A DNA stretch of 64,000 nucleotides from Heptranchias perlo (taxonomy: Eukaryota), in the NCBI RefSeq assembly GCF_035084215.1, contig NC_090350.1, positions 24,552,001 through 24,616,000 on the forward strand, read 5' to 3'. The translations under genes were made by a program, and so were the position numbers. Under the pieces are notes generated by a model. It was not told the origin of the DNA and did no database searches. It saw only the letters and a list, made by a program, of their open reading frames with translations. Position 1 is the stretch's first letter, and every line of letters begins with the position of its first letter. Positions 1-11,983 of this stretch are shown here, piece by piece.

Positions 1-198
1 TCATAGGACAACCCTTTCATCCCAGGAATCAATCTAGTGAACCTCTGTTGCACCACCTCTAAGGCAAGTATATCCTTCCTTAGGTAAGAAGACCAAAACT
101 ACAAACAGTACTTCAGGTGAGCTCTCACCAGAGCTCCATATAAATGCAGTAAGACTTCCTTCCTCTTGTATTCCAACCCTCTTGCAATAAGGGCCAAA
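1..198 (-). mobile_element. CR1-type LINE ORF2 C-terminal fragment
   Basis: Minus frame reads IARGLEYKRKEVLLHLYGALVRAHLKYCL, homologous to the CR1 copy at 6495-7160 (ISRGMEYKSRIVMLQLYKVLVRPHLEYCV). Confidence 0.85.
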
Positions 199-204
199 AA
201 AGAC

Positions 205-889
205 CCTGAGTGTTGAATAATAACACCCCCACGATGGATGGGACAGGGTCGGGGGGGGGGGTTAAAAGCTAAAAATCGCGAAACACGACCCCAACCCGTC
301 GCGTACGCGCCTGCCACCATTTTTACAGTGGTGGGTTGCGAGCCTTGTCCGTGTTCCGCTATCGAGATGCTGAACACTTCATTATAATATTCAAATTGGG
401 CTCCCACAGTAGGGTTGGGAGCCTGATTTAAATTTAACAGTGGCCAAGCTGGGTTTCCCAGGGCTCGGGAAACCCGGCAGCGAAATGGAGACAGGAGCAG
501 CAGGGTCAAGCAGGTAAGTGCTTTTCCAGCACTGCTTGTGGGCCAGAAGGGGCTGGAGTACTCCCCCCAGCCCCCTGAGAAATCCTTCTGTCGATCGCGG
601 ACTTTCCTCGCTGCCCGTGATCGGCCGACACCCCCCGCCCCTTCCTTCTGCCCCGCGATCCTTCCCGATTGCCGGTCCGACCCTTCCGTCTCCAACGGTC
701 CCCGGCTGCGGCCTTTTACTGCAGGCTTTTCTGCCCGGTAGCCGACCAGCCTATTCAGGAAATAGAATTTAAAAAAAGTAATAATGAGGTCCTGCTGTTA
801 AATTCGGCAGGACCTCCGTGTTCCCGGGATTTCCAGGTTTTCACCGCAGAAACACGCTCCCTCCCCGCCTCCCCTTAAATATTGGGGCC
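205..889. mobile_element. GC/CpG-rich non-autonomous DNA element (MITE-like)
   Basis: Abrupt GC/CpG-rich block ending in a terminal-repeat-like ccccttaaatattggggccc. Architecture resembles the element at 42140-42906. Boundaries approximate. Confidence 0.5.
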
Positions 890-1329
890 CCTTTGTCATA
901 GCACAGTGTTGTAAGGGGCCTGGGGCCTGGGGCCTAGGTGTGCACCTGTTCTTTATCTCTTCTTGAGAAATCAGATCCACATTTTACTTCCATTTTCTGC
1001 TAGAAGTTCATTTCTGCTGCACCCACATCTTTTTAAATTTTTCCTCTTTTATGTTTTTTAATTTCTCAAATTTTTGTTGTATATGTGCCTCTCGTTTGTG
1101 TTGACAACACCTTCCCCCGGTATTTGCACCTTCCTTTGCCTTTCTATATGTCTGTATTATCTCATTGATGATCTTTTATATCACTTGTTTTCTACTCAGC
1201 AGTTTGCAAGTCATTTATCTCGTTAACTACCTTCCTGCAATTGGTGGATCAGTTGCTTTTTCCTCCTACCTCCTACACGTTTTTTCTCTGTCTTCAAACA
1301 ACTTTACTAAAATGACAGTTTATCTTTTA

Positions 1330-1447
1330 ACCTTCAGTATGAAGAACAATACACATCCAAAATGTCATAACAGATGCTGACTGACCTGCTCTGTTTTTGC
1401 AGCATTTTCAGTTCTCTTTTTGGATTTCTAGCATATGCAGTTTTCCC
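1330..1447 (+). mobile_element. Decayed Penelope-like terminal-repeat fragment
   Basis: acagatgctgactgacctgctc...cagcattttcag...gatttctagcatatgcag resembles a common shark Penelope-associated 3' repeat (recognised from memory, not searched). Confidence 0.4.
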
Positions 1448-2040
1448 TTTTTTTATTTTACTGCAGGTTTCTCACTCAGAGCGGCCACAAAGGCACAGGT
1501 GTTAGAACCTAAATTCACATCTGTGCAGTAGCGGGGGGTTAAGGCATCTCAGGGAAGAAATGCTCTGGTTGACATTGTAAATGCAGTCAGACAGAACGGG
1601 TTAGATTTTAACTTTCACCACCGGGTGGCGAATTGGCGGCCGTGGATCGGCCGTCCATTATACACACTGGTGGATTTTTATGGGAGTCCCAGGAGAAAAT
1701 TGGCAAGCATTACCTTGGCATTTTTACCTCCTGCAAGAAATGTGTGGGTGGAATCCATGATAGTACACATTGTAGATGACTAGTTGAAAGAAATAGACTC
1801 AAAGTGCTGGATCTTTTCTTAGTCCTTAATTTCTTATGCTCTTTAGGACTGATTAAATTCTGCTGAGTTACATTATCTCTGTCGTGGGTGGAGAGCTGTG
1901 CTGAGTTAAGTCCCATTGGACTGTGCAGGGACCTGCTCTAAGGATATGAAAGAAGCCTTTTACCATCTACATGCACTATCAGTCTGAAAAAGTTAAACTC
2001 TTAATGCCTGATCTTATGTCTTATCCTTTCCATTTAACAG

Positions 2041-2180
2041 CTGCTGATAGCAAGAGGATTCTACAGCCAGACTACAAAGGAAATGACATCACTTATTTTA
2101 AGCTAACAACAGATCTAATTTCTCCTCCTGTTCTATTCACTCCAGAAGCCCATATTCTTTATTCACATCGAACTGGATTG
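2041..2180 (+). CDS. GRHL3: Grainyhead-like protein 3, internal coding exon (ADSKRILQPDYKGNDITYFKLTTDLISPPVLFTPEAHILYSHRTGL)
   Basis: Acceptor tttccatttaacag|, donor |gtatgt. Phase 1 in, phase 0 out. GNxxTY...TDLxxPPVLFxP matches the grainyhead-family post-DNA-binding region. Confidence 0.9.
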
Positions 2181-2289
2181 GTATGTAAAAGTGCTGATAG
2201 GTGCAGCATGTGTAATACTATAGAATGATCGATTCTATTTATTTTATGGGGCTCCAACTGTACTTTTTCTTCTTTCCTATTTTTCCCTG

Positions 2290-2645
2290 CTTTTGGTCCT
2301 GGTGGCAATGGCTTGTACTGAGTTAAGTCCTAAGGACACCAGCAGCCTTCCAGTACCTTGAAGTGGCTGTTCTTCATGTGTGAGCCAAAATAGTGAGTGC
2401 TGGTGAGCTATTTTATCATGGAAGGCATCACAACCAAGCCTCATCCCGTTCTCCCAGATCACCTTCCAGTGGGGTTCACTGCGCCTGTCACTTCCTAGCC
2501 TGAGGATACAGAGGCCAACTTCCATGTCCTTACTGCTGCCTCAATAGAGATTAGAAAATGCAGCATAGACCTGGGAACCAAGCCGACTTTCCTGGTCTAT
2601 ATGGCTCAGCTCTACATCATGTTGTGCATTTAGTCACTGACCCAT
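2290..2645 (-). mobile_element. Ancient tRNA-derived SINE-like repeat
   Basis: Reverse complement contains ctgagccatatagaccaggaaag..., shared with copies at about 12668-13000 (+) and 39040-39160 (-). Confidence 0.5.
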
Positions 2646-3203
2646 AATTTTTATTTTGAGGACAGTTTTGCACTGAGAATGGGGACTGAGCTCAAATATT
2701 TCTACACACAAGTATCAGAGATAAAAAAAATATTCATACCCTCTCTCCAGGTTGTATTTGAACTTAAAGGAGTCAGAGTAAAATCTCCCTGTTGAAAGAT
2801 TAGCAGCACAGCTGTCTGCTAGAATGTCACGGTGCCTGCTATCAGGTGTGTCACTTACCTGCTGTGCTTCACATCAGGCCCACGAAGAGCGTTCTAAACA
2901 TTGCTGTACCTCAGTACAGTTGCTTCTTTGGAGCAAAATCCTTGTTTGCCACAACATTATATTGAACAGGAATATTAACAGTTAGCATCAACAGAGTTCT
3001 GTAGCAACATTTCCAGTAACTAAGAAAAGCTTTAAAAATATAACATGGTCAAGTTCAGTGCTCCCAAATTTCAATCTGTGACTTGCAAAGATACTTTCTA
3101 AAATCCTCTTTCAGTTTTAGTAGCAACTGCTAATATTAAAAAAACATGTACCCTGGATAAAACTTGAAAACTGTGCTAAAATCTTGCTTTGTTTTTTTTT
3201 TAG

Positions 3204-3241
3204 GGACAGTCGATGGGTTGTGAGGTCACACAACTCGAGGG
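3204..3241 (+). CDS. GRHL3: GRHL3 38-nt micro-exon (GQSMGCEVTQLE-G)
   Basis: Strong acceptor ttgttttttttttag| and donor |gtaagg. The 38 nt convert phase 0 to phase 2, exactly as needed to join 2180 to 5771 in frame. No recognisable protein similarity. Confidence 0.75.
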
Positions 3242-4343
3242 GTAAGGAAAACTTTCTGTTTATTCTCAAGTTACTAATGTTCAGTGCCTGGGGATATTTT
3301 TCTATGTTAAAGGTGCCATGTTTGTATGTTGTTGATGATGATGATAAGATATCTCATTTTAATGTTCTATGCAGTCAAGCTGTTCACTTCAGTGAACTCA
3401 TAGATGTGCCTCCATGCAGTAATTTGGTAATCAGAAGACACATCAGAGCCTTTGAGAAAGACATAAAGGAAATTCCAAATAGCTTTGCACACTGACACCG
3501 TCTCCCACAGTGGAATTTAACTGATGGGCAAAAAATTTATCTGGTTATGTGCAATCATGGCAAAGTTTAAACATCAAAATTTTAGCATCCAAGAAACAGT
3601 CACAAAATGCAAACATTGAAAAAATGAGGCCACTACTCTGAAATATATAAATTAGTGTCAATTGTGTAAAAATTGATATTTTAGCATTTATTAATTAAGG
3701 AATCACAATATACATTTATGAAGTCAGGTGAATGATCTGAGTGTCTATTCCAAAGCAGCGATTAATCCTCCAAATCTTAGCATAAACTTTCAATTAATTC
3801 TGGAACCTAAGTTGCCATCATCGCCATCAACTACAAATTGTTATTTATTTCTTCTGTGATATCACTGAACTGGACAGTTAAAGTAATGTTCATTAAAGCA
3901 GAACAGTGGTAGAACTGTGAAAAATACAAGACTGCCTACATTTGGGAATTATTTTACTTTTAAAGAAATTCTTTTGAAAAAACAATGGTAGTTGTGAGTG
4001 AAAAGAGGTTGAGGATGCATCATGGGCAACAAGACCTGTTATAAATATCACCAGCTGAAACTAGAGATTAGTTTAGAACTTTTTAACCCACACCTAGGTG
4101 AGAGTTATTTTATACAATACTGCTTGATTTTTTTTTAAATTTTAAAAATCAGTAATCACAGTTTCTGTTTTGACTGAGCAGTACATGCTGAGTGTGTTCC
4201 ATAGTCTTGTTAGGTCACAGGCAAGACTGTGGATTATATGATTTATAGAATAGTGTACAGTCTTTGTGGTTTAACGAAAAGATTAAAGCACCACTTGATG
4301 GAGAGAAGCCTCTTTCAAACGATGCATTTACACTGTACGTTAC

Positions 4344-5637
4344 AATGGAGATTTCTGTCATTCATTGTGATTTTAGATGGTAAGAGTAAATCTGATCTTT
4401 TTTAAAACGGCTTCAGCCAGTTGTGCCTCTGGAATTCCTTTGCTCTGTGGCAAAGTTGCTATGTGCTGACCAACACACATAACTGGCCACATGTAACTCA
4501 AACCTTGTCATCAGTGTGAAGCAATTTCAGATTTGCACAGATGCAAAACTAACAGTGTAAATCTGGAACCAGAACCTGACCTGATTCTAGAACAAAGCTG
4601 AATGAGACTCCCCGGAAGGGATAGTCTCACATTGCCTCAGTTTGATAGCGCATGGAGTGTGAATCCAGGGAAGTGTCAAAGCTGATTTTTTAAAAATTAA
4701 TTCTCGGGATATGGGCGTCGCTGGCAAGGCCGGCATTTATTGCCCATCTCTAGTTGCCCTTGAGAAGGCGACACTGGGCCTTCTTCTTGAACCGCTGCAG
4801 TCCGTGTGGTGAAGGTACGCCCACAGTGCTGTTCGGTAGGGAGTTCCAGGATTTTGACCCAGCAACGATGGAGGAACAACGGCTCATGTCCAAGTCGGGA
4901 TGATGTGTGACTTGGAGGGGAACTTGGAGGTGACGGTGTTCCCATGCACCAGCTGCGCTTGTCCTTCTAAGTGGTGGAGGTCGCAGGTTTGGGAGGTGGC
5001 GTTGAAGAAGCTTTAGTGAGTTGCTGCAATCTAAATGTTTTAGAGAGCAGTGTTTCTCCCCCACCTGCTCTGTAAACAGCTAAATTTCTCATTTTAAGAG
5101 ACACTCATGCATCTAGGTATTTGCAAAGCCCACTCCTATACAGGACAGTGAAAGTTCCAACCAGGCAGGAGCTAATTAATGGAAACAGGATTCTGGCTGG
5201 CTGAACCTGAACTGTAACTATCAGTCTCAGGTGGGTGGCTACAGTGTAGACACACCCAAAGGTTGTTTTATCTGTCATTACAGATTTTTTCTCTATGCAG
5301 GATTAAAGAGATACATTTTGAGACAGCCATCAGCAAGAATAATTCACATAAAATAGCAATATGGAATAACCCCATGGGCACAAACAATGGGCTGTATCAT
5401 GCATAATCCCATTCTGCATTGAAACAGCAGCGAAAACCAATTTAGGACAAGCATTTCCGGTTGAATATGATGACAAGGTTTGAGTTACATGTGGCCAGTT
5501 ATGTGTGTTGGTCAGCACATAGCAACTTTGCCACAGAGCAAAGCGATTCCAGAGGCACAACTGGCTGAAGCCATTTTTAAAAAGATCAGATTTACTCTTA
5601 CCATCTAAAATCACAATGAATGACAGAAATCTCCATT
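4344..5637. repeat. 170-bp inverted repeat (arms 4344-4513 and 5468-5637)
   Basis: Arms are reverse complements with about 4 mismatches by manual comparison. Spacer is about 950 bp. Confidence 0.95.
4690..5030 (-). mobile_element. 3' fragment of CR1-group LINE (family also at 46960, 51070, 59562)
   Basis: ORF end ...AGSKSWNSLPNSTVG.PSPHGLQRFKK...LLKGN and the same 3' tail as the longer copies. Confidence 0.9.
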
Positions 5638-5770
5638 TCCATTGTGTACATGTCTAGAATTTAAATAGATACCCGCTGTTGAATTTACCTCAATGTGCTT
5701 ATAATTCCATTCTTATGTTTCATCTAACAGTATTGTTTATCGCTCATAATCATGTGCTTTAAATGTGCAG

Positions 5771-5859
5771 GTTTCCAATGAAGAGGGATAACAAGACTCT
5801 GTACAGGGATGAATTGGATCCTCCAGTCAAACAGGCTAGGCTTTGTGAACCAGAGAGAG
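5771..5859 (+). CDS. GRHL3: GRHL3 coding exon (FPMKRDNKTLYRDELDPPVKQARLCEPER)
   Basis: tgtgcag| ... |gtacag. Phase 2 in, phase 1 out. Aligns to the GRHL3 LPLKR...KQAK...QRV segment. Confidence 0.85.
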
Positions 5860-5881
5860 GTACAGCATGAACAGTCCTTAA

Positions 5882-8800
5882 GGCATCGATTTTAACTTGG
5901 AGCGTGTTCAGGGCGAGCGGTGTATGGGATGGGAGGAGACTTGTTGTGCTGGGGCCATTTCAACTCCCGGGCCTTGTTTGAAGAGTGCAGCACTATCTTC
6001 TGCCCAAAACTGGCAGGAGTGACAGCAGGGCCTGTGGGCAGGAGCCGTAATTTGGGTAGGGGCCTGATGTCACCAGGGTCCCAAGGGAACCGTCTGCTAC
6101 TTAAAATTTGTGCTGTGGGTAAGTGGGGGGGGGTGGGGGGGGTTTGAGAAGAGATGCCGTCGCTGGGAGGGAGAGGCAAGGCGGGGCTGGGAAGGGTCAA
6201 GGGTCCTTGCGGGGCCCAAGAGAGCACTCCTGCTTCTCCTGACACACAAGGAACCCTCAGAAAAGGCCAATGAACATACTTGGCATGGCCCTCTGCTGAG
6301 TCCCGCCAAGTCTGGCTATCAGTTTGGCCCCGTGTAAGTCTCCCAATTTTCAGAGTTATAAATGTGTCGTGGTGCTGATGACATCATCGGGCAACAACTT
6401 TTTAATCAGACCATAAGACCATAAGAGATAGGAGCAGGAGAAGGCCATTCGGCCCCTGGAGCCTGCTCCGCCATTCAATGATCTGATTTTTACCTCAACT
6501 CCACTTTCCTGCCTTTTCCCCATATCCTTTGATTCCCTTGCTGATCAAAAATTTGTCTAACTCAGCCTTGAATGTATTCAATGACTCAGCCTCCACAGCT
6601 TTTTGGGGTAAAGAATTCCAAAGATTCACGACCCACTGGGAGAAGAAATTCCTCCTCATTTCCGTCTTAAACGGGCGACCTCTTATTCTGAGACTATGCC
6701 CCCTAGTTTTAGATTCCCCCATGAGGGGTAACATCCTCTCAGCATCTACCCTATCGAGTCCCCTCAGAATCTTATATGTTTCAATAAGATCTCCTCTCAT
6801 TCTTCTAAACTCCAATGAGTATAGACCCAACCTGTTCAATCTTTCCTCATAAGACAACCCTTCCATACCCGGAATCAACGTGGTGAACCTTCTCTGAACT
6901 GCCTCCAATGCAAGTATGTCCTTCCTTAAATAAGGGCACCAGAACTGTACGCAGTACTCCAGGTGTGGTCTCACCAGCACCTTGTACAGTTGTAGCATGA
7001 CTATCCTGCTTTTATACTCCATGCCCCTGGAAATAAAGGCCAATATTCCGTTTGCCTTCCGGATTACCTGCTGCACCTGTATGTTGACTTTTTGTATTTC
7101 AAGTAAGAGGACACCCAGATCTCTCTGTATCACAGTATTTTGTAGTATTTCTCCATTCAAATAATATTTTGCTTATTTATTTTTCCTCCCAAAGTGGATG
7201 CCTTCACATTTACCAGCAATATATTCCATCTGCCAAATTTTTGCCCATTCACTTAACCTGTCAATATCCCTTTGCAGACACTTTGTGTCCTCATTGCAAC
7301 TTGCTTTTCCACCTATCTTTGTATCATCAGCAAATTTGGCCACAGTACACTCTGTTCCTTCATCCAATCATTGATATATATTGTAAATAGTTGAGGCCCC
7401 AGCACTGATCCCTGCGGCACCCCACTAGTTACAGATTGCCATTTTGAAAATGACCCTTTTATCCCGACTCTTTGTTTTCTGTTAGTTAGCCAATCCGCTA
7501 TCCATGCCAGTATATTACCCCCAACACCATGAGCTCTTATCTTGTGCAGTAATCTTTTATGTGGCACCTTATTGAATGCCTTTTGAAAATCCAAATATAC
7601 AGCATCCATTGTTTCCCCTTTATCCACCCTGCCCGTTACTTCCTCAAAGAACTCTAATAAATTTGTCAGACATGATTTCCCTTTCATAAAACCATGTTGA
7701 CTCTCCCTGATTGTATTATGAGTCTCCAAATGTCCTGCTACTACTTTCTTAATAATGGATTCTAGCATTTTCCCAATGTCAGATGTTAGGCTAACTGGTC
7801 TACAGTTACCTGCATTCTGTCTCACTCCCTTCTTGAATAGGGGTGTTACGTTTGCAGTTTTCCAATCTGCTGGGACCTTTCCAGAATCTAGTGAATTCTG
7901 GAAGATTACAACCAATGCATCCACTATCTCTGTAGCCACTTCCTTTAAGACCCTCAGATGCAATCCATCAGGTCCAGGTGACTTGTCAGCCTTTAGACCC
8001 ATTAGTTTACCTAGTACTTTTTCTCTAGTGATAGTGATTGTTTTTAGTTCCTCCCTCCCCTTTGCCCCTTGATTATCTACTATTGTTGATATGTCATTCG
8101 TGTCTTCGACTGTGAAGACAGATACAAAATATCTGTTCAATTCCTCTGCCATTTCCTTGTTTTCCATTATTATTTCCCCAGTCTCATCCTCTAAGGGACC
8201 AATGTTTACTTTAGCTACCTTCTTCCTTTTTATGTACTTGTAGAAGCTTTTACTGTCAGTTTTTATATTTCTTGCTAGTTTACTCTTATAATTTATTTTC
8301 TCCCTCTTTATTATTCTTTTAGTCATCCTTTGCTGGTTTTTAAAGTTTTCCCAATCGTCGGGCTTACCAGTAATCTTTGCCTTGTTGTATGCTTTTTCTT
8401 TTAACTTGATACCATCCTTGACTTCCTTAGTTAGCCATGGTTTGTTCACTCTTTTTGTGGAGTCTTTCCTCCTCACAGGGATATATTTTTGTTGTGAGTC
8501 ATAAAATATCTTTTAAAATGTTTGTCACTGCTTGTCCACCATCATACCATCTAATCTGTTTACCCAGTCCACTTTAGCCAATTCCGCCCTCATTTCTTTA
8601 TAATTGCCCTTATTTAAGTTTAATACAGTAGTTTCAGACCCAAGATCCTCGCTCTCAAACTGGATGTGAAATTCTATCATGTTATGATCACTGCTTCCAA
8701 AGGGATCCTTTACTTTGAGATCATTAATTAATCCTGTTTCGTTACCCATTACCAGATCCAAAATGGCCTGTTACCTGGTTGGTTCCCTGACATATTGGTC

Positions 8801-9690
8801 TAAGAAACAGTCCCTAATACACTCTGTGAACTCCTCCTCAGGGCTATTTTTGCCAATTTGATTTGTCTGATCTATGTGAAAGTTAAAATCACCCATGATT
8901 ATTGCATTACCTTTTTTTACAAGCCCCCCTTATTTCCTGATTTATATTTTGCCCTACAGTGTAGCTACTGTTAGGGGGCCTATAAACTACTCCCACCAGT
9001 GATTTCTTTCCCTTGCTATTTCTTACCTCCACCCAAATTGATTTGACATCTTGATCTTCTGAGCCAAGATCATTTCTCACTATTATACCAATTTCATCCT
9101 TTATTAACAGAGCTACCCCACTACCTTTACCTTTTTTCCTATCCTTCCGAAATGTTAAATAATCCTGAATATTTCACTTCCAGCCTTAGTCACCTTGCAA
9201 CCACTTCTCTGTAATGGCCACGAGATCATACCCATTTGTTTCTATTTGTGCCGGCAGTTCATCTAATTACGAATGCTGCGTGCATTCAGATAAAGAACCT
9301 TTAATTTTGTCTTTTTACCATTCTTTCCTACCCCGGTCCCATTTGCTGGTGCACTCTTATGTTTGTACGCTTTGTTCTTTCCTGACACACTCTGTTTATC
9401 ATTACCCCCATCACTTTCCTGTAGTACTTCCTTGTCTTTTCTCTTTATCAATTTAAACTTCGCCCCACCTGAGCCCTCCCCCCCTCTATTTAATCTAAAG
9501 CCTTCTCTACCGCCCTTGTTATTTGGTTTGTAAAGTAGGACCCCGCCTGTATGGGGCTGAAGCCCTCCTGTGCCTGTTTTTTGATGAGTTAAAATGGTAT
9601 CAGTCCGGAATGCGTCACAAACCTGGAGTGAACCCCCCACCTGCCATTTCAAGAACCCGTTATGGGCAAACTGTGTTAAAATACGGGCTT
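5882..9690. mobile_element. GC-rich non-autonomous DNA element split by the CR1 insertion (pieces about 5882-6405 and 9531-9690)
   Basis: Left end gcatcgattttaac and right end gttaaaatacgggc are approximate inverted termini. GC-rich sequence resumes directly after the LINE. Confidence 0.4.
6408..9530 (-). mobile_element. 5'-truncated CR1 LINE (about 3.1 kb): end of ORF1 region plus frameshifted ORF2 (endonuclease and reverse transcriptase)
   Basis: LYLNARSIRN (endonuclease start), GSSDHNMIEF, KSPGPDGLH, QHGFMKGKSCLTNLLEFF, YLDFQKAF, SGVPQGSVLGPQLF, KFADDTK, NLWNSLP. Stop at 6495. Tandem 8-mer tail (agaccata)2 at 6408-6423. Several frameshifts and stops. Confidence 0.97.
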
Positions 9691-11191
9691 ATATAGGAGA
9701 TATATAGAAGGTAATTAAATGCAGCAACAAACACAATGAGATCCAGGCGACTTTCTCCTTTTAAAACTATGACACCTGGATGAGTCACTTGGATTGAACA
9801 ACCAATAATTTTGAAGCCTAATAACACGTATACAGTACTGCCACAGATGGTAGCCCAAATGTCAGTTCTAGCATGGTAGAGTCAACAAGGGGACGCTTGG
9901 GCACCATGAAAAGAGATAGTTCTCATTGGCATCCATGCAGGCAGCACCAACCCAAATGGCAATGTAATCAGAAACCAGGCTTGTTGTCAGAGACAGAGTT
10001 GGCCATGTATTCTGGCTGACAGAAGTGCTGTGTAGCTTGCCTGTCCAACAAAGTAGTTTTGTGCTCACTCGCCTATACTGATCTTCCTCAGTCATCAGGG
10101 AAGGTAATTAACGAATCAGCATGTGCTCCTCTAAAAAGCAGCTTTCTGGTAACAATGCAAGTTACTGATTAAAAGAAAGAATGTGCAAGCTATTTGTATT
10201 TGACTTGTGCCTTTTAATAACAAATACAATAAAAATCAGAAGGGAGTTCCCGGGTAACCATATAGATAACAGGTTCCAATGAGGGCATAAGTCATAAGAT
10301 CAAAGTCTGAGGGCTTTATAACTGTCACCTGGATCTCATTGTGTTTGTTGCTGCATTTAATTACCTCCTCTATATCTTTTTCAAAAATAACAGTAGTTTC
10401 TTAAATTAGTGGACATTATAAACTCCTTGCTTATAGAGCCCTGTGGATCAAAGTAATGATGCAAGCAAGTGCAAAATATTGTAGAATTATACTGATAGAA
10501 GGGAGTCACAAAGCTGTATTGGAATCTGATCATTCGCTGCCTTGTATGTGCAATGTGATTCCATCGTGCGCAGTAGCACATAACAGGAATGGCATTTTGA
10601 TATTTTGGTATCTGTTATTGGATTAAATTTCACCATCTTGTGTTCTGTTCCAACTGTGACTGTTTCTCTCGGATGGTGTGTGAGGTTTAATGTGTCACTC
10701 TGCCTTCATATCAACCCCTGTAGAAGTTTCATAAGACTTTATCTCTGTGAGAGTTCGTTATTGTCAAAATGAAAAACTGCTTAAAACTTCTTGAGCATTG
10801 TAATAAAAATGTATTTTCCCACATGAAAAACTGAACTGAATGATTATTAAAATATTTACTGAAAATAGATCCAAAAAATATTTCCCTGATTTTATATATC
10901 TCCATTAGTGCTGTATCTTATATGTAAACTAAACTCAGAATTATTTAAAATATATATATATAAATGAAATAAATGTTCCAAATATTCAAATTACATTATT
11001 CTATGAATTTCCTCTCCAGATTATTAACCTTTATATTAGACATTTGTTCCCAAGTTGAAAATATAGGAAGTGCAATTCATTTTTCAGTTTTTGGAGATTA
11101 CAGGATATAAAGAGCTGTGCTTTGTTTTATATCTCTATTGATTTTAAGTTCTGAATAATAGATTCATATGACTTAATATAGCCTCATATGC

Positions 11192-11204
11192 AGGTCAAAG
11201 GTCA
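11192..11204 (+). promoter_or_regulatory. Perfect DR1 nuclear-receptor motif AGGTCAaAGGTCA in GRHL3 intron
   Basis: Exact 13-mer consensus in unique intronic sequence. Function untested. Confidence 0.45.
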
Positions 11205-11333
11205 GCAACAAAGCGCCCTAATGGTGTTATTAGTTTATGATTGTCTGTCATCAAAATATGTTAAAATTCTTATTTATTAGGAATGGATGAATCCTATGCT
11301 CATCATTTTGGATTTAATATTGGATTAAAATGA

Positions 11334-11461
11334 ACCTGCAGCAATGTGAAGTGCAGATACATTATTGAATGTGCAGTGTCAAAAATAATACAACTGTGCA
11401 CAGAATAAATATATTCCCATTCAGCATTTTGATAATATTCGTCATAAAATAGAGAAAATCA
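11334..11461 (+). repeat. Source copy of 128-bp direct duplication (copy at 12092-12219)
   Basis: 126/128 identical by manual comparison. Confidence 0.95.
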
Positions 11462-11721
11462 TTTTAAAAATGTTATTGAGACGTTGTGCAGTTTTGAAAG
11501 GAATTGAAGGCAATTCAGATCTCAAATCTTTTTGCCTTTTTAAACTTTTAATCAACAATTCTATTAATAATTCTATAATTGTCTGTCAATATAACACACT
11601 GAGACAATGCTATATTAATACTGACTATTCACTTTGCATGGTTTTCCTTGGAAAATTGGATGAATAATGGCCAAATGTAAAATATGATGCAAATAAAAAC
11701 ATATCTATATTCCTTTTCTAG

Positions 11722-11807
11722 TGTTGTTATATGTGCGGAAGGAGTCAGAAGAAGTTTTTGATGCCCTGATGTTAAAGACTCCCAATCTTAATGGATTGAA
11801 GAATGCT
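11722..11807 (+). CDS. GRHL3: GRHL3 coding exon ([29 protein letters not shown])
   Basis: ttccttttctag| ... |gtaagt. Hallmark grainyhead dimerisation-domain motif [21 protein letters not shown]. Confidence 0.97.
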
Positions 11808-11983
11808 GTAAGTATCGGATTACTTACTTTTCTTCACTGAATATCTTGTTTGAAAATGTAGTAAAATAAAATGGGAAAAATTCAATGTGTAAGTTGTTGC
11901 ATTTTATGGTATTAAAAACTACTGCAGCATTTTCAGCAAATTGAGGAATTTCATAACTGCCTGAATCTGGCAGTAACTCGGTG

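Noticed and set aside
99-695. 198-aa minus-strand ORF
   Set aside because: Chance read-through from a GC-rich MITE into a CR1 fragment. Only the last ~30 aa are LINE-derived, and there is no gene structure.
205-889. CpG island or promoter
   Set aside because: CpG richness is confined to a repeat-like element inside a GRHL3 intron.
1335-1368. Second hammerhead motif in the Penelope-like fragment
   Set aside because: Core is decayed (gtatgaag...caaaatgtc), with no intact CUGAnGA/GAAA or stem II.
2751-2790. Alternative small GRHL3 exon after ctctctccag|
   Set aside because: No convincing donor giving the required phase 2. 3204-3241 has better splice sites and the right phase.
7313-8476. 387-aa RT ORF as an active or domesticated gene
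   Set aside because: Part of a frameshifted, 5'-truncated CR1 with broken frames on both sides.
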